Position numbers and translations under genes: made by a program. A stretch of 64,000 nucleotides of DNA from Podarcis gaigeae. Lineage: Eukaryota. The DNA is taken from NCBI GenBank assembly GCA_964106915.2, contig OZ066916.1. One strand, 5' to 3'. This document shows, piece after piece, positions 11,917 through 23,500 of this stretch; position 1 is the stretch's first letter, and every line of letters begins with the position of its first letter. The notes under the pieces are model-generated. The model was not told the DNA's origin and ran no database searches. It saw only the letters and a program-made list of their open reading frames with translations.

Positions 11917-14906
11917 ATAGGCTGGCCTTGGGCTGTCTTAACTGTTTGGATAGTCTGTTGAAGCCCCCGCTTTCAAAATTTTACAAAGGAAGCTATTGAA
12001 TAACATCAAATAACAGAAGCAGAAAGAGTGGCCAAAAACCAAGCGTCCATTCCCTCCCCTGCAATTACTATATTCTCATGTTTGATATATTGCACACTTG
12101 CAGAACTTGTGAACTATATAGCAAGTGTAACCCACAGGTCATGCAACCCTAACCCTATCCACCAGGGCCTCAATGAAGCCCCTGTTTTGCTTGCTGCAAA
12201 ATGCCCATGCACACTCACAGGTTGTCAAGCACTTGGCAGACCACAATTAATGGCTGGTAAGCTATTTTTGGATTGGGGAATCACACACTTTGCAGAACTG
12301 TTATAATGCTTTTCCATTGATTTAGTATATTTTCTTTGTGGAATTTAATTTTGTTAGCTATCTTGAGAATGCTAATGCAAAGGCAGGATTTTGAAAACAT
12401 GAATAAATCAGATGGCTTGCTCTGTTCCTATATAATTCTACACCATCAAACAAGCGTTCCACATTTGCGAAGGGATGAGTGATGCTATTTGCCAGATTGG
12501 TAATAGTTTACCCAAAACATCTGAAACCATTACTGGTTCTAATGTAGAAGTGTAGGGACACTGGTCTCCTGTTTGATTTAATGACCAAACTCAGTTAATT
12601 TTTTCAATGAATAACTTTAGAAAAACCTCTAAGCAAACACTTCATAATATATAAGGAAGGCTGACACCACTCCTCATCTCAGAAAGATGGATACTGGCAG
12701 ATGATGCAGAGAAGGATAAATAACTTGGTGCTTCTTTGGCACTATTATTTACAAGATAATATTTCAAATGCAGAAATTACATTTTAAAATTCATGATACT
12801 GGAATGTTTCCAGGAAAATGGATAATAGTAAATATGGTGTTGTAGCAGAAATGGATTGTGTGTGTATAACTACAACCCAGTCCATTGCTCTAACAAGAGT
12901 CAAACCTAAGAAAAAGCGCTTGTTGTTTATTTAAAAGTTTGTTTAAAAGAGTTTTACAAAAGACTCCTCCCATAATTTGGAGGCTGATAGTTTCAAACCT
13001 CCTTTTTCCATGATTCTTCCCCCCATCCTCACTTTCCACTCAATGACATGCTAAATTCTGCATCTTACATATTAAATCATTTTAGGACAGTTTGATGTTG
13101 TTTGGTTTTCTGTGCTTTAGGATTCCACTTCACTCTCAACTCACAGCACATCAGAAGGGAAAAAATACTGGGACATCCAAGGAAATACTAGATCACAGGA
13201 TCCTGATGCAATATGACCCGTGTTTCTCAGCCAGATCCCTCTACTATTACCTACAGTAGAAAGTGAAAGCTGCCTCTCCCAGGAATCACACAACTTGCTG
13301 ATCTTTAGTAAACCCCCCCCCCCCTCATATAGCATACTTCTATAGCATGAACCTTACAGGTGATTTCAGAGAAGAGGCCAGGCCAAAATGGATGCTGAAT
13401 AGTGGAACAGCTTCATTGTACAATGAACAGTCTAAACCGCAGCTTGACTCACACAGTGCCACCTATAGCTGAAGTAGCAGCATAATGGTTAACTCTACAT
13501 CATGGAACCCAAGCAACCTACTGGCATGAGGGAGACTACAAGAATCCTTGAGATTGGCAAGTGCACACACTCTTGACCCCCAGCAGCCAAGTTTTATGAA
13601 ATTTTATTAAGAAGGCAAGTGCACAAAGCAGGTTTAAAGTGACAGGAGTGCTGTAGATCTATCTATGATGGCCTCGAAAGTTGAAAACAGGTTCTCAGTC
13701 GACTGATGAGTAACAGAATGTAGATGGCTAGCTCTTGAGGGATGATGAACCAAGATGGCTGGGTGGTGGTGGCACAGACCACTTTTAAGGATTCTATTCC
13801 CCATATTGGATTGACAACTGCTGTTGAGTGACCAACTGGAACCCACACCTGGCTGGGACTTGGGAAAGATGTTAGATACCATCTGGAGTAGAGGAAAGTG
13901 CTGGTGAAAATTCTCACCCAGATCTTTCCATCTCCCTGCTAATCTATAACTTGTGGACTTGGAGACATTGCAGATATTACATGTTTGGCTCGCTCAGTTT
14001 TAATGAAGGACTTGCCTTGCTTAGGATTAACAGAGAGCAGAAGACCAATGCTTTTTCATCCGATGATACCCATTAACTTTATAAAGGTCCATATGGCAGC
14101 AGTTTGAGCATCATACAGTTATGCTTGCCCCAGTTCTCTGAGACGTGAGAAGTTCCAGGAACTCTGCTTTTACCTAGACAACTTTTCAAAGGTCACCGGA
14201 AATTGTTGATATTTCCCATATTTGGCTTTATTTTCAAATATACAGATTGAACATAGGGACATGCACAGCTTAAATGTCCACTGCTCCCACATCAATATCC
14301 TGGGAAAGACAGCAAGCACCCCAAAATTCTGTTCAGCCTCTGACTCAAACTGCAGTCTTTCCAGGCAGACAGGCTCAGGTTATAAAAGCCCCAGCTGAGC
14401 GAACTGAAGAGAAAGGCATGTCCTCTTTCAGGAATGTCCTAACAATTAGTTCCTATGGAGATGCGTTTCCTGCAATTTGTGTAAAAAGCATACTACTAGG
14501 CCATTTTACCAGGTTTCCAGCAGTAGTATTCTGAGTGGATCCATTAGCCCAGTCCAGGACAAACCTGCAGTACACAAGAGCCTCATTAGAACAGTGTATG
14601 GACAGTGATTATAAAGCAAAGGAAGGGAGGTCAAAGAGATGGATAAATTGGCAAGAGGCAAGAAGCTCAGGTATGCAATAATTCTTTAAATGTGTGTACA
14701 CAGAATATCTGAAGCTTCTTAACCTCCACACTGAATATCAAGGGAAATCAACAATTGGCAGCAACCTTTCTGCTGTTTAACCAAATTGAATGAAATATGC
14801 AGGCACATACAGTAGATTGAAACCTATCAAGTTTCAGACAAATAGATACAGGGGTTTTTAATGTAAGCAAGCTTTACATTTTGACGTGTTTTGTTTTTTT
14901 AAGGAT

Positions 14907-16102
14907 TGCCTCATCCTAATTAAGGACTAGGTAAGACACACAACAGCAATGAGACAGAATTGAGTAGCACTGGTGTTGAGTAGCACTGGTATAACTTTTT
15001 GAATTTTTCATCAGAATTCGAAGAAATTTGGAGTGGGGGTGGAAGAATGGGTTAGATATTTGTTCCTGCTCAGCTAATGCTAGCCAGCCATTTCCTTCTA
15101 CATTGCATTACTGAAAGCAGAGGGGAAAAGGAGTGTCCAGGTAAAATGATCCCTTGGTTGGAAGCAGAGCTGTCAACCATAAAATTATACCTTTCTCCCT
15201 CTTACTCTCTGGTGCTTTCCTTACATAGAGAGCTTGCAGGAAAATCTATCAATTTTCACACATTTGCTGCCTGTGTCTCTGTGCCCTTCCAAATCTCTGA
15301 ATTGGTCTCAAATGGGTTTCTGAACAGCCCAATTTGGCTTGGATGACTCCTGAATCTTTCTGAGGCAGCTTGCTTCAGTTCTTGGATTCACCTAGACTGA
15401 ATACACACCTCTGGCACATATCACACACAGAGGCCATTGAAAAGAGGCATTATACTATTGGCTCATGTTCAGGTAATTCCTATATCCTCTTTCACCTTCT
15501 CCTTCTGTGCCAGCATTTAGCCATTTAGTGATGGCATTTATACCATGCTCTGCAAAGATCAGCTGCAGAGCAGAGCGGATGAGCTGCTCCCTGCAGTCTA
15601 TGTCCATATGTTCTTCTTGTCTCCTCAATCTCCCCCCACGTTTTCGCATTTGACCCCTTCTTCTTGTAACACGGTAGAATCTAAGAGGAGCTATGATATG
15701 CCAGTCCAGATGTTCATCTGGTCTAGTAAGTTGTTTTATATTGTTTTTAGTATTGTGTTAATATGTAACACATCCTGGGACCTGAGGGAGAGGAGCAGCA
15801 ATCAATCAATCATCATCATCATAGTATTCCGTTTCCAGCTGAATACTGGTAGGGTAAGAAAACAGCAATGCTACCCACATTCATGTCCAAGCATATGGTA
15901 TTTTGAAATATACCTTCTACTGTATTCAAATGTGTTCTGTCTTTATTTTGTTGTTATTAGCCAATATATCAATTTTAATTTTTTGTGCCATTTCAATTTC
16001 GATTTGTTTTAAAAATCTGTGCTTCAAAGCACTTTGCAGTGCTACTCAATTCTGTCTCATTGCTGTTGTGTGTCTTACCTAGTCCTTAATTAGGATGAGG
16101 CA
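14907..16102. repeat. Perfect 66-bp inverted repeat pair (14907-14972 and 16037-16102)
   Basis: Checked base by base as exact reverse complements; 1064-bp spacer. Confidence 0.95.
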
Positions 16103-16679
16103 GAACACCAGAACCTGAGTGGAGCACAGAGTTCAAGAAGTGCCACAGAGAAAACAAAGCAGATACTTTCCTCCCAGATATCATTCACTCTGTGCATCAT
16201 AGGTGGTTCTTTTCAGCCAATTAGAGCAGCGAGAAACCAGTGTGGATTACAGCTTCCTATATGTATGAGCTGTAGGCATTCAGTGTTCAGAATTACACTT
16301 GGTTGAAAAAGTATGGCTTAGGTAGCTGCTGACAGTCCAGTATCTGTTGTTGGCACCTGCTTGCCTAATTTCCATATAGTTACACCCGCCCCCTTGGGCC
16401 TTGCACGTCAAAATACGTTTCGATAGGCTTAAACGTAAATTTACTTGATGGCACTATTTGTTAGTTTTAACAAATCCCTTGAGATGTCCTGTGCATTCCT
16501 GCAAAGCTCTGCATCGCAAACTTCTTCCTGATCCCAGCGTAAGGCTGTTTCTATTTTCAGAAGGTCTCCTTCCTGAGTCTGTTTGGCTGGCTAGAAGCAA
16601 GTGCTCAGAACAGAGCATCCTTTCTGTATCCCGAACTCCTTTCTTCCTTCCCAGCTAGACAAGAAAACAAATACTGAGA

Positions 16680-18630
16680 GCAGCACGTGCGCAAGCGTCG
16701 GGTGCTGCTGCTGGATCTGCCTTTACGCTCGGCTGCCCAGCTCGGACGTGCGCCCCCCGCCGTGTTTAGATGATACCTTTATTTGCAAAGGCGAAGAGGC
16801 AGATCCAGCCTACCCACCCCCACCCCCACCCCTCTCCGATCTGAAACGGACATGTCTTTGGCCATCCGCTTTCCTCGCCTCCTCATTGTTGCACGCGCGT
16901 TACGTTGTTGCCAACAAAGGCGATGTAGCAAAACCACACAGAAGGGGGGCAAATGATCATAGCAGCGAGGAAGGAAAAGCCCGTCTTGCGATGTGTCACA
17001 CATCCATAAGGGGATGCTTCTGCCTGGCTTTTGCATAACCCTGGTTTGCCTGCCTCTTTTTCTCCTCCTTTTCCGAAGGAGGCAGCGCTGGAGAACGGGG
17101 GGGGGGGGGGCGCCGAGCGGGAGGGGAAGAAGACCGAGAGCCGAGAGCGAGCGAGCGAGGGGGCGGCCGGGGGCTCTCGCTGCCCTTCTCCCACAGAACG
17201 ACCTTCCCCGCGGAAGGCGCTGCTGTGGGTGCGCGGCGCCAAGAGGGGGCCGCGAGAAACCGAGGGGGTGGCGGTCCCTCACAACAGGAGCCCCCTCTGC
17301 CTGCGCGCTCCGTCAGCCTCGGCTCTCCTTCTCGCCCACCCCAACCCGGCCGAGCGGCTCCGACTTCCTCGGCGAGCGGGTCGAAACCGCGAGGCTTCGC
17401 TGCAGGGGGGTGGGGGGGTGGGAGGCGAAGCGGGAAGACCGCGGCGACACCAGCCGGCGTCTTCCACAGCAGCAGCAGCAGCAGCGACCCCGCGCGCGCC
17501 TCACATCACCACCAGCAGCCCAGCCACCCTCTCTCCCCCCCCCACCTCGCTCGGTCGCGCGCCCGCCGGTCGCGCGCGTGCGCGAGCCCCAGGCTGAGTC
17601 CTTTCTCTCTCCGTGTCTCCCTCTCCTGCTTCTCTCTCTGTCTTTCTCCGAGCCTCCTCCATCCAGCACCGGCGCCGAGGATGGGCAGCGAGAGCGCGCG
17701 CAGGAGCAGCCCCGGCTCGGCCGCTCCCCCCTGCGCCCGCTCTTGCTCGTGCTGCTCCTCTTGCCCCGCTGCCCCCAGGGCGGCGCCTCGGCTGCGCTCC
17801 CGCCTTTTCCCACCGAGGACGGGTGAGTGAAGGAGTGGCTCCTCCCTCGGAGCACCTGCTCTAGCCGGCGAAGGGGGTGGCGGCGGGGGGCGGGCGAGGG
17901 GTGAATTTTGGCGCGCTCTCGGTCTTCGGGGCAAGTGGCGGGCGGCTGCCTGAGGGGGACAAGTCAGTCAGTCAGTCAGCGGCATTCCTGCCCCGCAGGG
18001 AAAGGGAGCAGGCTCGCCTTTGGGCAGCCCCTCATAGCAGAGGAAACCGTCGGAGGGAAGGAGAGCGAGAAAGGGAGCCTGTTCTTGGGACGAGGATAGA
18101 AACAACAGCTTCCCAATCTCGGGTCCAGCGCCCCAGAACCCTCCAGCGTGGTTTTTGAATAGCACGTGTCCCTCTTGGCCTCTGGGAACACTGGGCACCT
18201 TCTTCCTCTCGCTCATCCTTTTTTTACCCATTTTGAGTCCTCAGCCCAGCCGAAGAGACCTTTCTCTGAGAGCTGCTCCTTTCCGAGCAGCTATTAACTT
18301 TTCCTGATTTTTTTGGTGCTTGTTTCGAAAGAGAGAAGTGGATGAAGAGGAGCTGTGGAGGTTTTCCCCCTCGACAGTCCCTTCATGCCCTTGCAGGCTT
18401 CTCTCCTTTCCCTCCTCCTCCTCCTGCTCCTTGCCGTACAATGAAGTCTTTAAAAGAGATTCCTGCTTGCCCGCTAGCTGGCTGGGCTCGCGCCAGGACT
18501 TCTCCACGGGAGCGCTGGACCATTCCTCGCGACTGAGCAAAGAATGCCATCTATGCAGAAGAAGAGGGCACCCTGCACACCTGGCTCTCCAGGGCTGCGG
18601 TGATGTGATTGGGGGCCATAGGTAAGCCGT
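16680..18630. promoter_or_regulatory. FUT9: CpG island, inferred FUT9 promoter and first-exon region
   Basis: Abrupt GC- and CpG-rich block in AT-rich surroundings, with GC boxes, an E-box CACGTG (~16684), G-runs, a (CAG)n tract and a CT-rich tract. It is the only non-TE CpG island upstream of the FUT9 coding exon. Confidence 0.85.
17450..17822 (+). other. FUT9: Putative FUT9 first exon (5' end approximate), ending at donor GG|GTGAGT
   Basis: Consensus donor GTGAGT at 17823-17828 inside the CpG island; the TSS cannot be placed from sequence alone. Confidence 0.6.
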
Positions 18631-19568
18631 TAGGATGCTCTCAGGGCGAAGGCAGGAAGGAGACGCCAAAAATGAATGGCCAAAGCACCCCACCCCTCTT
18701 CTTAGGTCTCCTTCCAGATGGGAGAATGGGGACGTTGCATTACTGAAATGCCTTTTTCCTCTTCCCCCTCCCTTTATATCGCTGTAGGCTGTGTAGTATT
18801 TTCAGACTATTTTCAGTATTTCAGTAGTGCTCTGTGGAAGGGTTGTTATGACAGCAGTTTCTCTCTCCACTCACCCCCCAACACCCCATCATTACTTTAT
18901 AGACAGCATCGCTGACTACGTTAGAAACATAGGTTTTTGAGCCTGTTGCTGAAGTAACTCTGCAATCTTGTAATCTTGGAAATATGAGCACACACATACA
19001 CCTGAGTCAGTGTTTATTGTAATAATGGTTCTGCTGAACTGAAGAAATTGGAGCATGTAGTAGTAATCCTACTATAATTCCTATTTGGGTTTTCGGTTTT
19101 CAGTGCATGTGTGTCTGTCAAATATGACAAAGGGACTTTTCTTCGTTTATACTGCAGCAGCATATATTTTGGATTATAGGACGGAATGCTTTAAAAGCAC
19201 ACACACACCACATTCATACACAGTAAGTTTCACAGGCACAGTAAAATGTCTTTTTGAATACTGGTATCTACCTAGAAACCAAGGTTGTAGCACTTGATTT
19301 GTGAACCTGCACTTGATTTGTGAGCATTGACAGTAACTTTTGAGAGCTGCTGTATTGCTGAAAACTAGGTAGTGATTACTAATAGTTGAAACGTTGTTGG
19401 TAGTTCAGAACTATCAGTTCCATGGGTTTTTATGGCAATGAGTCAGTCTGTCATTACTAGTAATGGTTATGTCATGGAGGGTTTGCTTTTCTATCACCAT
19501 ACTGTATTAAGCTGTAGCTCAAAAGCTATTGCTCTGATTTCTCTTCCCAAAAAAATTATTTTCAGAAA

Positions 19569-19695
19569 AAATATAGCATTTGTATATATATGCATACAGT
19601 GGTGTCACATGTGAAAAAAGAGAGAAGTGGTTCCTTGTTCTCTCTTTTTTCACACGCGGCATCATTGTATGCATATGTATACAAATGCTACATTT
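19569..19695 (+). repeat. Long imperfect hairpin (58-bp arms, 11-nt loop)
   Basis: Arms 19569-19626 and 19638-19695 are ungapped reverse complements that differ only by transitions. Confidence 0.9.
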
Positions 19696-22386
19696 GTGGT
19701 ACCTTGTTTCATCTTAACCTTCACCTTCCCCCGCCCTTTTAAGGTAAGCATTATCTCATTAGCCACATGTGAAGGGTTGTAACTTAAACATAGAATTCTA
19801 CCTCCCCCTCGTTTTAAAGGCTTTTGCATTTGTACCACTTCAGCCTAGACCTATGAGAAGTTTACCTCCATATATTTATAAACCTTTGTTCTATGGAGAA
19901 TAGGAAAGGACTACAGTAGAATAAAATAACTAGAGGAAGAAATAAAATGGAAAATGCAACACAGTGCCTTTGTTTGCAAAAATAAAATAAGTGTCTAATA
20001 TGTTCACCATAATATAGGGAATGAAAAATTAAATAGAATAATTGTTATGCACTAGTAATAAAGGGAATAAAATAAGAAATAATTGCATCTATAGACAAAG
20101 AAGAATTCTGCAGACTTGCCTTTGTACAAACACTGGTTAGGCAAAGTAATTTATTAAGAAATTGGAATTAATTGAAACATTTGTTATTGGATTGTACATT
20201 ACATTAAAGCAAATATCAGCTGGAACTCTTATCCCTTAAACTGAACCAACATCATGAACAGGCACCATGATCTGTGTAGCAGCAGTTGCTTCAGATACCT
20301 TACAGTTTGACATAAGCCTGTTGCTGCTGGTTCAATAAAACTCTGATGACGGTGCTTAGTTAGGAAAACTCCAGGCACTGAACCCAATCTAGAGATCCTC
20401 TGTGTGTGACAGGTGGCTGCATGCCTGCATGCTGTTGTACATGAGGGGTCTCTATTTGCACCCACCATAAAGATAGTTAGCTCCATTGGAGTGAGACTAA
20501 GGCAGGACTAGGGGAAACAATTTTAATTCATTGATCCCACTTTTTCAAGCAAATGCCAGCCAACTACTGTTAAGAGATTAACATACGCAGGCTTAATTCT
20601 GCAAATAATATGACGGAACAGCCTTGGATGCTGAATAGAAAGGTTTAGCCCCCATCCACAAGCACATTTTAGGTATATGAGACGCACTCATTATGGTGAC
20701 CTGCACCCAGATTGGTTTTGCCAATCAGCATGAAATTCTAGTATCCCATCTACACCTGGGGAATATCTGCACCAGAATAATCACTGACGGGGTGAAGGTG
20801 AATTTTAGCTTAGACTGAGTTTAGGATAATACTTCAACAGAGGTATATGGAAGATACTTGGGGCTTATTGATTTTTAAGAAGGATTGGGCTGGCAATTTG
20901 TACTTCTGTGTGTGTGTTTTATTTATATACCTTGGACTCTGATTTATTAAAACAAAATAATCAAAGTTCAACAGTATATGCTTATCTTGCTTTGTCTTTG
21001 TAACAGCTCTGTCAAGGTAAGAAGTTAAGTCGTCCAAGGCCAATGGCTGAGCATTATAGCTGAGTGGATGGCTGAAGTAGGGGGGGGGCATGTTCAATCA
21101 TCTCACTGGTTTATAAATGTGTATGACTAAATTGGTTAATTTTACCTGCAAGGGTGGGGGGGGGAGGAAATATGCTGGATAAAAGAGCTTTCCACTACTA
21201 ATGCTCTTAAATGATAGTTTAATATATCTGAAATATATGAATTATATTATTTCATGAAATAATGTTTTAAGTACAGTGGGTTATATAGCAAAATGTATAT
21301 TTAAAATAATACTATGAGAATTTACTGTGTTTTAAAAAACTAGAATGCAGCTGAGTCCAAATGTTGATTTGGGGCGTGCGTTTTGGAAAATGCTACTGAA
21401 TTCTAAACTGTGATTCTGTATTAATCATATGCAATCAGTTGGTTGGAACAACTGAAGAAGATATTATATTGGAAACATTATTGAAAACATTAAAATGGTG
21501 TGATACAGGTAAAGATATAAACTTCAGTAATGAATTAGAGAACAGTGGCTGAAATTCTTCACTGAAAAAGAGGCAATGGAAAGAAAAAGTCCTTTCGAGG
21601 TTCCAAGGGCATGGAAAGTATTAATGTGATAACCAGAACAGACAACAATAAAGAATATAATGAAAATAACAACACTGTAATACTATATAATATTTAGAAC
21701 TTTCAAGTGTTTAAGGCTCTTCTCAGGTTTTGTTTCAGCAACCCTTATCTCTAGAATGATTGCAGTTAATACAAATTCTTGTTAAAGATTACATGAATTT
21801 TCACAAATTATTTGGCTGTGGGGTTTTTTCCCCCTCTCTGTGTTTTTTCTCTCTGTACCCAGAGAGGATAACAAGAAAGTTTTCTTTAAAACATGCATAT
21901 ATATTTTTTCTACTTAAATCATAAACCTTAAACATTTATATCACATTAAGCATCTCTTTCAAAATAACCAATTTCAAATGACTTGGGATTTAATAGAATG
22001 GGTGGCAGCCAACGTTTTGCCTAATACAATTGGATTTTCCCTTCCTCTCTTGCTCTCTGTAGCCCCCCTGCACACTCCCCAAATCTGCTTGGTAGTGTTT
22101 GTGGGGACCCCTGAAACACATATGGGGGACACATGAGGGATTATAGGGAGGGGAAAGTGTAGGGGAAGTCATGTTGCACAAACAGAAATTAATAACACAA
22201 TCAGGTGGACATCACTTACTTATAATGGAGCTGGTTTGGGGTTTTGTGGCCAATGATCTCCCTGTATATGCAAAGTGCATATATCCCCTGTTTGAGAGGC
22301 ATTGATTCAACCTGTTAAATAAGGGAGACTTTGTAAGCTAGGACACTGAATCCCCCATGTTTCAGGACAGAATTTATGGGATATGG

Positions 22387-22619
22387 CAGTGGTGTCCAAA
22401 CTTTTTTCAAAGAGGGCCAGATTTGATGAAGTGAAGGTAGGGTTTTTTAGGATTGAAGTTGTTGAACTTCTTGTAGGGTTGGAGTTGTTGAGCTTCTTTT
22501 AGCAGAAGTTACTGAAGTTTTTTTAGGATTTTACCCCAGGAAATAAACTACCACAGAGGCCGGATTAAACCAACTGGCAGGCCGGATTAGGCCCCCAAAA
22601 CGGACTTTGGCCATACCTG
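22387..22619. mobile_element. hAT-type MITE
   Basis: Imperfect TIRs CAGTGGTGTCCAAA / TTTGGCCATACCTG; perfect 8-bp TSD GGATATGG (22379-22386, 22620-22627); GGCCGGATT subterminal repeats. Confidence 0.85.
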
Positions 22620-22917
22620 GGATATGGAGACCCTCCATGGTCATGTGTTAAGAGTGCTTGGGAGTTCCATCTCTTTTCTTTGGGTGCTTAAGGAAGAAAT
22701 GCAGATATAATGCTCTGGGGCATGGTCTCCCCCTCCCTGCTCAGTCCATTATCCCAAGCTTACAAATGTAGCCTACATTTTCCATAAAGGTTACACCCTT
22801 CCTTTTCCCCTAAATATAAAACCGCAGAACAGTTGAGAAATCCTAAAACACTTGACAACACTTTTACAACTGTACAATAAAAACTGCAACTAAAATAATA
22901 AAACTAAACAAATAAAG

Positions 22918-23114
22918 ATAGGTAGCTGTGTTGGTCTGCCATAGTCAAAACAAAAAAAAATCCTTCCAGTAGCACCTTAAAGACCAACTAAGTTAGTTCT
23001 TGGTATGAGCTTTCGTGTGCAGGTATCTGAAGAAGTGTGCATGCACACGAAAGCTCATACCAAGAACTAACTTAGTTGGTCTTTAAGGTGCTACTGGAAG
23101 GAATTTTTTTTGTT
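22918..23114. mobile_element. Penelope-like element fold-back insertion containing a hammerhead ribozyme
   Basis: Long inverted arms centred near 23021; 13-bp TSD TAAACAAATAAAG (22905-22917, 23115-23127); same family as 1994-2176. Confidence 0.82.
23022..23061 (+). ncRNA. Minimal type I hammerhead ribozyme motif, sense to FUT9
   Basis: GGUAU-CUGAAGA-A-GUGUGC-AU-GCACAC-GAAA-GC-UC-AUACC; predicted cleavage 3' of C23056. Confidence 0.8.
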
Positions 23115-23178
23115 TAAACAAATAAAGCAATGGAATAAAACTGGAAAATTCACCTATGATTCAGAAGAACAGATTCCT

Positions 23179-23500
23179 TCATTTAACATAATCCTGCAAA
23201 TAGCTTGGAGCATGATGTCTAGTCCTTGCTTGGTAGCATTGACCATGGAGTGCTGGATTTGATGCAGCAGGAGTGGTGAGCAGGATGACATTGTCCCTTT
23301 CTATGAAGTTATCATCTTCGGGTCTTTCAGTGGTACTGGAACGTGGTTTAATGTGAGATACATTTCTTGTGACTTTGCAGATCCTGTCTGCGCAGTGTCC
23401 GTTGTGTTCATGTAGAGTAGTTTCTGTCACTAATGGAATTGGGCAGGCACCTTCAGTGTACTCCTTTTCACACTTGCTAAAAATGTTTTTGTTTTGGCAA
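23179..23500 (-). mobile_element. Remnant of a Ty3/Gypsy pol (integrase) C-terminus
   Basis: The minus-strand frame contains VTRNVSHIKP and ends ARTRHHAPSYLQDYVK*; both are typical of Gypsy pol C-termini (VTRNxSHF; R..R..PxYLxDYV*). Confidence 0.55.

Noticed and set aside
17661-17692. Possible REST/RE1 site (CAGCACC ... GGGCAG)
   Set aside because: Half-site spacing and the right half deviate too far from consensus to call
17700-17826. Signal-peptide-like stretch RPLLLVLLLLPRCPQG in another frame of the first exon
   Set aside because: No nearby in-frame ATG; after splicing it is out of frame with FUT9 and stops within ~45 codons; it arises from a CTG/CTC-rich tract
16601-18693. Many long overlapping ORFs (up to 277 aa) on both strands
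   Set aside because: Expected from stop-codon scarcity in a GC-rich CpG island; low-complexity Pro/Arg/Ala/Gly translations with no recognisable domain
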